From positions 42,346,001 to 42,410,000 of the forward strand of contig OX597830.1 in assembly GCA_951406725.2 (NCBI GenBank): a stretch of DNA of 64,000 nucleotides, given 5' to 3'. This DNA comes from Octopus vulgaris (Eukaryota). Of the stretch, positions 42,114 through 55,455 are shown piece after piece. Every line of letters starts with the position of its first letter. Within the stretch, counting starts at the first letter, position 1. Below the pieces are notes generated by a model, which saw only the letters and a program-made list of their open reading frames with translations, was not told the DNA's origin and searched no databases. The translations under genes and the position numbers were made by a program.

Positions 42114-44006
42114 TATAGCTGTAAGTAAAGCTATATGTAGGTACATATATTTGCCATCATCATCATCACAACTAACGAAGTATTCATACTCAACATACAC
42201 AATACCATTCTGTTATCAACATCATTTACACTTCCATACTTAATATAATTTCACAAGAATTAAATTTTCTGAAGACACTGAGTGTATTCATAGAGCAGAA
42301 ACCTAGAAATTAATTAAAATTTTCGGGAAATAATATGGAATGGTGTAGGAATGTCACTCTATCGCGATAAGGCATCAGATTCCAGGAAAAATCATTTATA
42401 ATTGCAATTGGATGTTGAGAAGTTGCTTTGTTTTCATTTGTGTTTGTATTTGTTTGTTTTTGTTTTGTGTTTTTTTTTTCTTTAGTGTTTGTAGTATTTT
42501 CAGTTTAAGTGTTATATAAAGAAATCTTAAAGGAAAATAATTAAACAACAAAAAGAAAAAGGGCATCCTTGAATTTATGAGTCATGCTTTTTAGATTCGC
42601 TGAAATGAAATTATCCTCTCACATTGATATATTTCAGCTGTTAGAAACAGATATTTAAATAAAGTGTCATTTATCATAATAGTGTAGCAAACGGCCAAAT
42701 GGATAGAATACCAGCCGATCCATTTAGATGAGGAAGAAAGCGAAGGGAAAGGGATGCTGGCTGTGTTAGTGGTTTGTATTTTGTCATTGGTGTTGTTGTG
42801 TTCTGCCTCTGGCTAAAGCACTTCTCTCTCAAATAAGTGAATCTACTTTGTTCTTAATAGGTACTGTAGAATGATTATTGGGTCTCTGGTAAGGCTTTGC
42901 CTGAGCTGAGCTGAGCTATGATCAAAGGCATTCCCTGGGTGACCATCCCAGTAAATTTATCTAGAGATGCATTATCCAAAATATGTAATTGCCATGTTTT
43001 TAATTTTTTATTTAAAGGTAGTAGGATAAGATTTGAGAGAGAGATTTAGCTCTCATTTCTTGTGAGCAAGTTGAGCGACCAAGTCAACGCAGCAGCTTGC
43101 TTGTTGGCTTGACAGTAGAATGATATAAATCACTGCTGTAAACAGTGACAGAACTATAGATTTGAGGAATTCAAAAGTAATTTGCTATTTTGCTATGCCA
43201 AGTTCAATTTCTCTTACGATTGAGTAGCCTCCTATCTAAGATGCTGATCTCTCATCTGCTTAATGCTATGGAAACGGCATTTAAGCACCACCAGCTTTAT
43301 AGTTTCTTGTGATTCACAAAGGATTAGCCTAGCTTAATTTTCATCATAAACAGACACTTTTTTTTTTACAAACAATAAACTTTGTCTTGTTGTTACAACA
43401 GACTTTGCTCCTCTGTCAGCTAGCTGTTTGCATACCACTTCAATGCAGACACACATGCAACATACAACACACTTTTCTCCCCTTCTTTTATCCACACCCT
43501 TTCTATCTCCATCCCATTGCCATCAAGTCTTGCACCCAAAACCTCTCTGAATACTTTCTCTCCAGATTGTCAATTCTTCAAGACACCATCCTCACCCATC
43601 AACTCCAAACATTAACTTGAAGATGTTTAGTAATCAGTCACACTGGTCCCAGAGGATTTGCAAATATCATAGGCACTGCTCTTTACTTCTGACTAAATTA
43701 AGCCTTTAGTGTTGATGGTTTATAACTAATGTCTCTATAAGTAATATCTCTCTAAGAAGTATATCTATGGACAGTTAAAGTGAGGACACAATAACTAAAG
43801 AAACCCCAGTACAAGTGACTGAAAGAAATATATTCCCTATCTTCTTGTCCTTATATATATGTAAATATATCATTATCATCCTCCGCCTCCTCCTCCTCCT
43901 CATTGTTTAACGTCCACTTTCTATGCTGGCATGGGTTATGTGTACATGTGTGTGTGTGTGTGTGTGTGTGTGCATGTGTGCATGTGTGTATGTCTACTCA
44001 TTTGTA

Positions 44007-44064
<58 letters not shown>

Positions 44065-44194
44065 TGTCTGATGCAGCCTTCCAGCATGCCAGCCCTGTCA
44101 AACTGTCCAACCCATGCCAGTATGGACAACGGAGTTAAATGATGATGATGATGACATACATACATACACACATACACACACAAACACACACATA

Positions 44195-45370
44195 TTAGGT
44201 TGTCAAATATTGTATTTGAAAGGTAACAATAAAATGTTTCAGAAGTGATAGAGAATTGATTTATTTAATCAAAGTACGATCCATGTTCATTTATGACCTT
44301 TACCCAACGTTTCTCTAAGTCATATATTCCATCTTTAAAAAAGTTTCATCTTTTTCTGTGATAAACTGTCCGAATGCTTCAATTACATCTTCTCTATTTA
44401 AGAATATTGTATTGCTTATGAAAAGCTCAAAATGCTTAAATAAGTGATGATCAGTAGGAGAGATATCAGGGAAATAGGGAGGATGTTGCAAAATCTTATA
44501 ATTTAGGCTTTGCAATTTTTGGACTGTAGCTTGAGGAGTGTGAGGATGTGCATTGTTGTGGGGCAAAATTGGCCCATCTCTATTCACTAGTCTGGGCTGC
44601 TTCTTTTTTAAATTGTCATGCATACAATTAATTTCCTGGCAATACAATGTTGCTGTTACCATTTTTCCTTGTTGCAAAAATGAATAATGAATAACTCCCT
44701 TCACAGACCACCATGCAGTGACCGTTCACTTTTTAGGATGCAATGGTGGGTTTGAGTAGTGTTTAGGTGACTCTCTACATCTAATTACTGTCCTGCACTT
44801 CTGCTGTTGTCAAAGAGTATCCATTTCTCATCATATGTTCCAGTTGAGAAAGAAATAAAGAGCACACTTCGAGGTGCCTGTTTTTTTAAACCTCATTCAG
44901 TTGATGTGGAACAAACGAGAAAGAGTTGTGTGAGATGTTTGGAATTCTGATGAAAGTTTTCAGACCATTGTTCTTGGATTTTGTTCAATCAAAGCATTTA
45001 ATCCATCATGCCGAGTAACTGATTTTGGCCTCCACCTTGGTTTATTTTCAAGACTATCATCTCCTGAACAACATCTTTGGAACCATCTCTGAACAGTTCT
45101 GATGTCAACGAAACCATTACCAAAGGCCTGCTTGATATTCCATAGAGCTTCTGTGACAGAGTGACCCAGTTTGTACTCATGCAAAAAATTCACTCAACAT
45201 TGTTTGGTTTTTATCATTTTCATGATGTCTGTGGGTACAAATTTTGTATATCAATATTGTTGGGAAAGAAAAAGAGTCAAACTTAAATGCAAAGGTACAC
45301 ATAATTGAGCTTTTAAATGGTTGAAATAACAAATAATTAAAAATGCAACATTTCAGGTGTGACAACCTAA
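44195..45370 (-). mobile_element. Near full-length defective mariner (DD34D) transposon
   Basis: TA|ttaggttgtca ... tgacaacctaa|TA; HTH 'LHEYKLGHSVTEA..RTVQRWFQR', 'HNNAHPH', 'HPPYFPDISPTDHHLF'; stops and frameshifts. Confidence 0.92.
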
Positions 45371-46547
45371 TATATAGATGTTACAAATGAGTGGACAAAT
45401 GAAAGAAGCACTCAACACATTGCTAGGAGTTTCATATGCTATTTAACAACAGTTCGACTCAGCTCCATGCAACTTAAAGTTTTGCAGGTTTGTAGTGGCA
45501 CAAGCAGTCAGTGCCATTTTGGATGAGATCTCACGGCAGCTGCTGGGTGCTGAGAGCAGCACACTTCACCTATCCTGTGAAGCTTGTAAATAAACCAGTT
45601 GTAAATTGCATTTGTACTTGAAGTCTTCTCTCTTTGCCTGCCGGAGCCTGAACTACACGGAGAACAAAAAGAGATAATGGAAGAAGGTGATATTCTCCTG
45701 ATATCGTAACCTTGCCATCCATCAGAGATTCATCAAATGAACTTAGTTCATCAGGCATCTGGTGATCAAGTAACAGGATGGGAAAAATTCAAGATGGCTT
45801 CTAGATGTTTGGCTTCTATTGGTCAGTTCTTTTCTAGGTTCATGTGGTTGGACAGAATGTTGGTAGGTAGGTGTCACTGCTATGCCAGCAGACTGTAGTA
45901 TGGTTTATCTAGTAATATCAATTCATTGCATTTACTGCTACACATGGCAGAGTGGGATGTTGACATGGGTTAGTGGAGGATTAACACTACAGCAGTAACA
46001 GCTTTCCATGGCACTAACCAGATTTACTGGGGCTGGATTAAAATTTGTTGAGGCTAGTTTGGATTGTCAGCATGAATAGGGTTGTAATCTCTATGGGTGG
46101 CAGGGATTAAGTGGCATGGCTTTGAGCATGGAACAGGCAAGCCTAAGGTGGTATATGTGGATTGTCAGCTGCTGGTGATTTGAAGTCCATTAACAGGGTA
46201 TACATCTGGTAGCAACAATAAGATAGTTCATTCTTCCTGTTAATGGATATTCAGGTTGGAGGAACATGTGTAATCTCTCATGGAGGCAGAGCTGGTAACT
46301 GTGAGTCCCAGGTCAGTACAGAGGGACATGTCAACAATACTCTGTTCAAAGTTGGAGCAGTATTTCCCATATATATATATTCTAATATTGAACAGTGATA
46401 ATGAGTGCTCAACACTGTCTTGGTGGATATATATTCTTTATTTGTGGGTTAACAAGACTATCAATGGCTACATGTAAAAAAATTCCTTACAATTGTTCAA
46501 ACATGCCACATGCAAATGTTGGTATGTTTAGAGATAACTACCAGCAG

Positions 46548-46613
46548 CGAGACGGCTGCGAGACGTGGACTGCTTACCGAAGGCACGAGTGCCAGATAAA
46601 CCACTTCCATCAT
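46548..46613 (+). pseudogene. RTE-BovB-like LINE fragment
   Basis: GCETWTAYRRHECQINHFH matches the 'YGCETWTxYRRHxRxLNHFH' motif. Confidence 0.65.
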
Positions 46614-47534
46614 TAATTGTTTTATGATGGTTGTTGTTTAAAGTCTATGATCAAAGACATTCAAGCTTTGACCATCATGTTAATTTTGTGTTTGTTGTTG
46701 TTGGATATCTTTAATTCTATTGTCTGTGTTAAGTCTTTTTACATTATAAGATGTCAGAGAGCAATTGTAGGCAAACAAAGCTGCTACTTCATGCAGGTCA
46801 AGCAGCTACATTGAGACTCCTTCTCTGAGTCAACTGGTGATGGTTGAACCATTTCTCTCTCTCTCTCTCTCTCAGCATTTTGTCAGTCTTTATGTTCTTA
46901 GTTCAAATTATGCAGAATACAACTTTGCCTTTCATCCTCTCAGGGTCAATAAAACATGTACCTGTTGAGCTCCAGGGTCAAAGCAATCGACTAACCTCAC
47001 CCCAAAATTATCATGCTTTAATTTAGATCACTTTAATCTTTTTGTTACCATATTTCTGTTGAAATACTCTGCTTTTGTTTAAATTAATTTCAAAATAATA
47101 AAGAATTTAGTAAAATAATGTTGTCATTATTAGAATTATATTCAGAATATAAATACAGAACTTTTATGGAAGTTTTAATTTGGATCTCTTTAAAATAGGA
47201 AGTTTGTGTCGACATGAGCAAACTCCACTCTGTTGCAAACATTTAGGTCAGATTTCCATTTTTGAGGATAATTCTCCCTTCCTCTGTTCAGTCTTAAAAA
47301 AAGCCCCTAAAGAAAAACAACAACAAAAAAATGAAAATAATGAGGGGATCTCATGGAAACTGTTTTTCCGTCCCTGACTCATAAAAAAAAAATATCTAAG
47401 ATTTCCATGTAGATAATATTAGATATTATGAACAGCAGAAGAGAGAGAGGAGGTGAGGGAGAGAGAGATAAAGAGAGGGTGAAAGAGTAGGAGAGAGAGA
47501 GAGAGAGCAAGGGAGAGAGAGAGTGAGGGAGTAT

Positions 47535-47574
<40 letters not shown>

Positions 47575-48326
47575 CAACAGCCACAGGACTCCAATTCCTG
47601 AACCATGTTTATCCTGCTAGTGCTAAGAGCAAAACGAACGATCTTGTGGAGATAAAACCCGTACAGTTAAAATAGCAGGGATAATTTTATAGGATCTAAT
47701 CTAAGAATGATTCCATGTCAGATGCTCTGTAGTATAGCTGGTAAGACTGTCACCCAGACAGAGGAACAACAACAACAACAGCAGTAGCAGCAGCAGTAGT
47801 AGTAGTAATAGTAGTAGTAAACATGTGGCTTTTGTTTCATTGGTGGACTGGTTTCTCTTCTCTGGCTCAAATTTGGTTCTTGAAATATCTATTGTTCTAT
47901 TTCTCCAAGTTATCCAGTCAACACATATAGTTATTATGTCTGGAGTAGCTATTGATAAGATAAGGTGTGTAGGTGAGGTGTACTACTATTGGTTCAACCT
48001 AAATTGAGCAGGATTTCCTCCAATACACTAACATTCTGGTGTCTCTCTATTTCGGAGAGAGTTTTTTTTTCTTTTTCTTTTTTTTCTTTTTTTTTTTACC
48101 TATAATTGGCAAATTGTGTTGGAGCTTGTCTTGACTTTCAACATGCTACCTTGCTTAAAGCACATCACTTTCTAACTGTCTCTGTCACTATCTTTTTCTC
48201 TTAGTCATTGTGTGACTCTCTCTCTCCCTCTCCCCCCCTCTCCCCTCTCTCTCTCTCCGCTCTCTCTCATGGTTTCTGTCTGTCATTGTCTCTCAGTCAC
48301 TACCTCTCTGTCTAAATGTCCACCTG

Positions 48327-48366
<40 letters not shown>

Positions 48367-48711
48367 CTAGTCCTTCTCTCTCTTTCTATTGGCACCTCTG
48401 TCTATTCAAAGATATTGCCAGATAATTAGATAGCTGGCTATAACTATATTTCCCTATCCTTTCTTCCCATGGACAGACAAAACCTGCAATATATTATCTA
48501 CCTCTCTTCCTCACTTTCTCTGATTCACAGAGAGATGGAGAGAGACGGAGAGAGAGAGGGAGAGTGGGGTGGAGTGATGAGTTGATTGTGTGGATCCATC
48601 CAACCTGAAGTAGGAAGAGAAAATATGAAAGAAAAGACATAGACAGATTAAGAAATGTGAATTAATGTTAGCTGTTATGTAACTTCAAACTATCAAGGTT
48701 AAATTGTCTTT

Positions 48712-48761
<50 letters not shown>

Positions 48762-48779
48762 TTCCTTTCTTTCTTTTCT

Positions 48780-48810
<31 letters not shown>

Positions 48811-49167
48811 CTTGCTCTCTTTCTATTGCTCTTTCTCACTCTAACTTTTTTCTCTCTATCTCTTTCATTCTCTCTCTGTCAATCTATGTATCTATCTACC
48901 TTACTCTCCTGTACTCTACTGTAGTTTTTCCTTCCTCTATTTCTCACCTTCCTCTCTATATCTTCTCTCTTTTCTCCCCCTCTCTCCTTCCTCTTCTTCT
49001 TTTCCTTTTCTCTCTATGGAGATGAACTTTTTTTTTTAAACTGTTTTCTCTTCTTTAATTTCGTGAATGAATTAGTGAGAGGAAGATATAAGCTCCCCTC
49101 AAGCTGAAACCATAGCATGTTAAAGCCATTTCACTTTGTTACACCATTAATGCCCATTTTACCATCC

Positions 49168-49235
<68 letters not shown>

Positions 49236-51399
49236 TAATAATAATAATAATAATGGTGGTGGTGGTGGTGGTGGTGATGGTGGTGATGATAATAATAATA
49301 ATAAACATTGGCTGTGTATGCTGAGTTAGAAAAGAAACCATTTTTTCCTTTCCTTTGAAAACATCATCTAATGGATTGATGAAAAAAGGGGAAAATATTT
49401 AGGAAAGAGAAAAACATTTGAAAAACAAAACATTTTATATGAATAATAATTAATTAATTAATAACAGTGAGTTCCATAACGAGTTCAGTTGCAGGGATAT
49501 CTCTGAAAATTTCCTTGATATTTAATGTATGTCTGGCAGGTCAACATGGCAGATCTCATTGATTCCTTAAACTGTACAAGACAAAAAGGACTTGTAATTA
49601 AGACCCTGCAAGCTAACGAAATATTTGTTGGTTATACATAACTATCACTCCTTGCAGTAGTGAACAGTAACAAGTAATTATTAGGACAAGAAGAGGTTGC
49701 AAAAGAGGTTTAGGAATAAAGATTTCGTTCATGCTTTATTGTTGATGTAAACCTCTTATCCCATGGTCCCAGGTTCAGTCTTCTGCCATAGCCACAGCCC
49801 AGCCAAAGTCTTATGAGTGGATTTGGTAGACAGAAACTGAAAGAAGCCCATCATTTATATATATATATATATATAATGTGTGTGCTTGTGTTGACATCCT
49901 GTAACTTAGCAGTTCAGCAAAAGAAAGCCGATAGAATAAGCACCAGGTTTTAAAATAGAAAAGAATTCTTCGAGGTGATGCTCCAGGATGATAAAAGATA
50001 CCTTTTTATAAGACTTCATGGAGTAATACAAGGAAAAGAGTCTTGCAGTATTTGTTCCAGGTCACTACTCTTTGGGTTCAAATCCTGTTGAGTATAACTT
50101 TACCTTTCATTTTTTGGGGGCTGACAAAATAAAGTAGCCAAATAGGGCAGTGGATTGGTCTTTTTCTTTTATTTTTTTATTTGTTTTGGTTGTTGGACTG
50201 TTGCCATGCTGGGGCACACGTCCTTGAAGGGCTTTACTTGAAAAATTGACCCCCAGTAGTTATTTTTCTTTTTTAAACTCTGGTAAAATTCTATCAGTCT
50301 CTTTTGCCAAACTGCTAAGTTATTGGGACATAAACAAGGCAACACTAGTTGTCAAACAGTGAAGGAGGACAGATACAAACGTGAAGATGTACACACACAC
50401 ACATATATATGTGAGTGTGTGTGTATATGTGTGTATCTATGAGTGTGTACATACACATATATGTTTGTGTGTATATGTGCATGTACGTATACATGTTTAT
50501 GTGAGTGTATATGTATGTAAATGTTGGGAATGCAAGAGGTTTATGTCTATGTATTGTGAGAATATGGTTACCTTTACTTTTTATGTTTTTCCTTTTTTTC
50601 TTTTTCTACCTATTAGAGTAACTTCCCTTTTATTCAACAGTTTTTCATAGCATCTGTTGCTATTAATAGCCAATCAGAATGCATCATAGCTCTTTGCTCC
50701 CACATATGAAACTCTGAGTACTATAATGACCTTTTACTCTTTGCTCTAAGTTATAACATGTATATATATATATAAGAATGAATGTTTTTATATATAATGA
50801 ACGTGAAATACAGGAAGGGACGAACACGGAACACAGACAAATCATTCAAAGCCTTCAATCTTCAGTCAGACACCGAGTCATCATAGCAAATTTCGGCTGT
50901 TCAATTCTGATATTTGCTCCAACTCGGCCAGCCCCAAGAAAAAAAACTAAGCTGTAAGCATTAGATTTCTTGGTAGAAGACAGGAATGTGAACGCACAAG
51001 ACGGATGTGAATACAAGAGACGAAAACGAAATTGAAAACAGTAATGAATAAACAAAATATATAGAACGGTGGTTGTCATACGACTTTAGACCAAATGAGA
51101 CAAAAACACAACAACAACATAGCTGGCGTAGAAATAATTACCGTTTCGGTAGCGGGGACACATGTTGGTCGAGATACGAAGGCCAACAGAATGGTTTAAG
51201 AAGCAGCAGGTCGCAGGAGAGAGAGAAAGAGAGACAGAGAGAGAGGGAATCAAAGAGGGTGGAAGGCAGGGGACAGAATCAGTGACCAAGAGAGAAGGAG
51301 AAAGAAGGGATTAAGGAGGATGGGAGGAAGAGGGGAGGAGGATGGGAGGAAGAGAGGGGAATATATAAATATATATACGGGTGTGTGTGATTGTGTATA

Positions 51400-51850
51400 G
51401 AAGAATATATTAATAAAAGGAATTCCAACGTTGTCTGATTTTCACGTTTTATTTACAATCTTATAATGATATAATATAAGATAATATAATATAATAAAAT
51501 AAAATAATAGAATGTTAAATGTTCATTCTGATTGAACTAGTACTTTCATGCATTAAATTCTGCAATCTTCAGGTTCATGTAGTAGTGGTGACAGTCATGC
51601 TTCACAATTTTTGACTGTAGCGAGATGATTGAATCTATGCCTTAAATACAGCTGTGTGGGCTCCAGATTGCTAGGTTTTGCAAACTGTATTCTGACCAAT
51701 CAGTGTGTAGTATCACTCAATTACTTAAGCTGATTGGTTTAGGCGTCACGCTTTGTTGAACATGTCAAGAGTCCTGTATCTTAACCCTGGCCAAGGCAGC
51801 AATTGTTGGGCTATTTTTAGAAATGTTGTAAATAGCCTTTGTCAGGGATT
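51400..51850 (-). mobile_element. Penelope-like solo pseudo-LTR: ORF tail, CCAAT boxes, TATA-like box, hammerhead, AATAAA
   Basis: Minus-strand order: 'KAIY..KNSPTI' ORF end, CCAAT (51733-37; inverted at 51696-700), TATTTAAG (51641-48), hammerhead, AATAAA (51448-53). Confidence 0.6.
51533..51577 (-). ncRNA. Near-intact minimal type I hammerhead ribozyme
   Basis: tgaac CTGAAGA t-tgca-gaatttaa-tgca-t GAAA gtac TA gttca: 5 bp helix I, 4 bp helix II, helix III of 1 bp capped by palindromic GUAC. Confidence 0.75.
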
Positions 51851-52054
51851 TTTATATTTCAATTGTCGTCATCATCATTGTCAGCACCTTAATTATTGTT
51901 GCTAGTGGTGATGGTGGTGGCAATAGAACTTTTAACCCTAAATAAGATAATTTTCCTGCTATCTTCATCTTGATCACCTTTAGTATTGTTGTTGTTGTTA
52001 GTGGTCATGGTCGTAGCAGTAGAAGTAGTACCTCTAAGTATTATTATTATTGCT

Positions 52055-52575
52055 TATTTAGCTTGGGTTCGAATTTATCAATAAAATTCTTTTCTCTGAT
52101 TTTCCCCTCGATTTCACTTGGGCTGTGTAATTTGTAGAATGGAAATATTATATATATTTTCGACCACATGTTGTTAGGCGGTTACTCAAAGGTATCTGAC
52201 GGACCTCTGGGTCTCTAATCTGTTGTCGGTGTACACATGAGCGTTCTGATAGTGCATTTCCCGTCTGACCTACATATATTTCTTCACAATTTGGGCATTT
52301 GATGCAGTAAATTAAATTTCTGCTTTTGCAGTTCATATTTGTATTTGTGAATATTTTACTGGTTTTTGTGTTTATATATTGGCCGGTATGTATGAATTGG
52401 CATGTGCCACACCAGCTATCATTGCATTTAGATACAGTGAATGTTTGGTCTTTGTTGCTAAGGTCAAATTTTGCCCTTGTTAGTAATTTTTTCAAGTTTT
52501 TAGGCTGTCTTTTACTAAGAACCATAGCTCGATCCGTGATTATATCTTTTAATTCATTACTTTGAGCATTGCTAA
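52055..52575 (-). pseudogene. Penelope-like element GIY-YIG endonuclease (ORF 3' end)
   Basis: RQPKNLKKLL, C..C..C, NCKSRNLIYCIKCPNCEEIYVGQTG..L.ER..H, then after a frameshift FPFYKL..REKNFIDKFEPKLN. Confidence 0.9.
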
Positions 52576-52579
52576 CCGT

Positions 52580-52835
52580 CAGCCATTTAAATAACAACAG
52601 ATAACAAAAGGTAGCCTAAATACAAAATGGCTAACGGTTAGTAAAGAGAGACACAAATAAGAAAGAAGAAAACAAAGGACCACTGATGCGATCACAGGAG
52701 TGTGACAAAACAACTCTGGCCGAAATAAGATTAAGATTAATGTAAAAAATAAATAACTCTGAAGCAAAGTAACACCAAATATATAGCGCCTGTGTTTTTA
52801 TTGGCTAAACTGGCAAAATGACCATTCCGAAATAT

Positions 52836-52840
<5 letters not shown>
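52580..52840 (+). mobile_element. Inverted pseudo-LTR-like segment at the 5' truncation of the PLE, with decayed hammerhead (52680-52719)
   Basis: cca CTGATGc g atcaca-ggag-tgtgac aAAA caac TC tgg; homologous to 10470-10680. Confidence 0.55.
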
Positions 52841-52888
<48 letters not shown>

Positions 52889-52892
<4 letters not shown>

Positions 52893-53188
52893 ACTCGTGG
52901 CCGATGCCAGCACCGCCTCGACTGGCTTCCATGCCGGTGGCACATAAAATACACCAATCCGACCGTGGCCGTTGCCAGCCTCGCCTGGCACCTGTGCAGG
53001 TGGCACGTAAAAAGCACCCACTACACTCACGGAGTGGTTGGCGTTAGGAAGGGCATCCAGCTGTAGAAACATTGCCAGATTAGACTGGAGCCTGGTGCAG
53101 CCTTCTGGCTTCCCAGAACCCCGGTCGAACCGTCCAACCCATGCTAGCATGGAGAACGGACGTTAAACGATGATGATGATGATGATGA
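52889..53188 (+). mobile_element. Young (GAT)n-tailed RTE-type element in (TA)n
   Basis: CpG-rich family core, tail 'ggacgttaaac(gat)n'. Confidence 0.85.
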
Positions 53189-53207
53189 TATATATTATAA
53201 TAGTTGG

Positions 53208-53287
53208 AAAATCCAAACCAAGGCAGAACGAGTCTTTCAAGTCATTTAAATGACTTGAGATACTTGTTCTGCATTGGTTTGGATTTT
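53208..53287. repeat. 80 bp palindrome with no spacer
   Basis: Two 40 bp arms, 36 Watson-Crick pairs plus 2 G-U, centred on 53247/53248. Confidence 0.9.
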
Positions 53288-53901
53288 ACCTCTAATATAA
53301 TGTGTACCTGCCATAATGGAACTCTAATATGGATACCTAGCTGCAGCCTTAACTCTGATCTTGGAACCTAACAGTTGACCAACTATAGCACTTACCCAGT
53401 GTACCTATTTGTTTACATCACAAGTGAATTAAGCTCCTCGTATTCTATATAGCAGTAGGAGGGGCATCCAGCTATAGAAACTTTGCCAGATCAGATTGGA
53501 GCCTGGTGCAGCCTCCTGGTTTGCCAGCTTTCAGTTAAACTGTCCAACCCATGCCAGCATGGAAAACGGATGTTAAGTGACAATGATGATGATGATGATG
53601 GTATATACATGCATACACACACATATATACATATATTCTTTTATTCTTTCATTTTATTCTTTTCATTTCAGTTATTTGACTGCAGCCATGCTGGAGCACT
53701 ACCTTTAGTTGAACAAATCAACCTCAGGACTTATTCTTTGTAAGCCTAGTATTTATTCTATCAGTATCTTTTGCTGAACCACCAAGTTATGGGGACATAA
53801 ACATACCAACATTGGTTGTCAAGTGATGGCAGAGGGACAAACACAGACACACAAACATGTACACATACATACATACATACATACATACATAAATACATAC
53901 A

Positions 53902-54006
<105 letters not shown>

Positions 54007-54129
54007 AGAGTTATTCTTGTTGCTTATTTTGATTATAATCACCCCATGGATTTATATGGATAACAACATACAGAATTCTGGTGCATCTAACTTAAGTACG
54101 ATATTCATTTGAATCTAAATTTTGCTGAA

Positions 54130-54166
<37 letters not shown>

Positions 54167-54172
<6 letters not shown>

Positions 54173-55095
54173 GCAGAGGTATCAAGTTGTTGGATCAGGT
54201 AATGAAAGTCACAGAGAGTGTCATAGCCCAACTAATTAGGGAGAGGGTCAGACCAGATGAGATGCGGTTTGGGTTTGTGTCAGGGAATAGCACCACTGAT
54301 GCTATATTTTTAGTAGGACAGCTGCAGGAGAAATACCTAGCTAAAGATAAACCTATGTACCTGGCTTTTGTTGACATGGAGAAAGCCTTTGACAGGGTCC
54401 CCCAATCCCTTATCTGGTGGTCAATGAGGAAATTAGGGATAGATGAGTGGTTAGTGAGAGTTGTCCAAATCATGTACAGGGGTGCCGTCAGTAAGGTGAG
54501 GGTTGGCAACAAGTACAGTGAAGAATTCCAGGTAGGGGTAGGGGTCTGCCAAGGATCAGTTCTCATCCCCCTCTTATTCATCATAATTCTTCAGGCAATA
54601 ACAGAGGAATTCAAGACAGGATGCCCCTGGGAGCTTCTCTATACTGATGACCTTGCTCTAATTGCTGAGTCACTATCAGAACTAGAAGAGAAGTTTCAGG
54701 TGTGGAAGATAGAATTAGAATCGAAGGGCCTTAGAGTTACCCTAACAAAAACCAAAGTCTTAATAAGTAGGAAGGCAGACAAACTACAAATCCCTTCAGG
54801 TAGATGGCCCTGCTCGATCTGTAGAAAAGGCATAGGTAGAAACTCTATAAGATGTACCCAGTGTATCAAAGGAAGGCTAACTGGGAAGATAGTTTTTGTG
54901 TGTGGCAAATACTCAGGAGCAATAAACACTGGAAATGTGCAGAGAACAGCTTCCGTCACATTCCAAGGGGAAAAACGAGAAGTAGTTGAGAGCTTAGGTG
55001 ACCAAGTCAGTAGTGGGGGTGGATACTCTGAAAATGTAGCTGCTAGAATAGGAATAGCCTGGGCAAAGTTCAGAGAGCTCCTACCTCTGCAGGTG
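54167..55095 (+). pseudogene. RTE-clade LINE reverse transcriptase fragment
   Basis: RGIKLL, FGF..STTDAIF, FVDMEKAFDRVP, GVCQGSVLIPLLF, LLYTDDLAL; no start, bounded by (TA)n and (TC)n, with small in-frame deletions. Confidence 0.92.
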
Positions 55096-55096
55096 A

Positions 55097-55176
<80 letters not shown>

Positions 55177-55177
55177 A

Positions 55178-55390
55178 AGTTAATCCAAACAAGAAAGCAC
55201 AAAAAAACACAACAATGCGAGGACGTGGAACAAATATAGTATTACTGGATGCTCAGGAAAGAAGGAAAGAAGGAGGGTTTAACGTTTCGAGTGGAGCTCT
55301 TCGTCGGAAAAATAGGAGAAGGAAAGATCCAGAGAAGGGAAGACAGAGAAAAAAAAAATCGCCAACGGTACAAACGAGGTCACACACACA
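55178..55390 (-). mobile_element. Pseudo-LTR/retrozyme-like module with minimal hammerhead (55278-55310)
   Basis: Minus strand ttt CcGACGA a GAG ctcca CTC GAAA cg TT aaa; homolog of 36768-36980. Confidence 0.65.
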
Positions 55391-55455
55391 TACATATGAG
55401 CAAAATAGTTGTAAAATCTCAGGAAGAGATCAGAGTTGTAAATATACTAGTAATC

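Noticed and set aside
42688-42815. Peptide ending MLAVLVVCILSLVLLCSASG (signal-peptide/TM-like)
   Set aside because: Immediately followed by a stop, weak acceptor, and explainable by the TG-rich composition
45780-46360. Possible CR1-like LINE relic on the minus strand (CTDLGLTVTS)
   Set aside because: Only one short motif; too degraded to call
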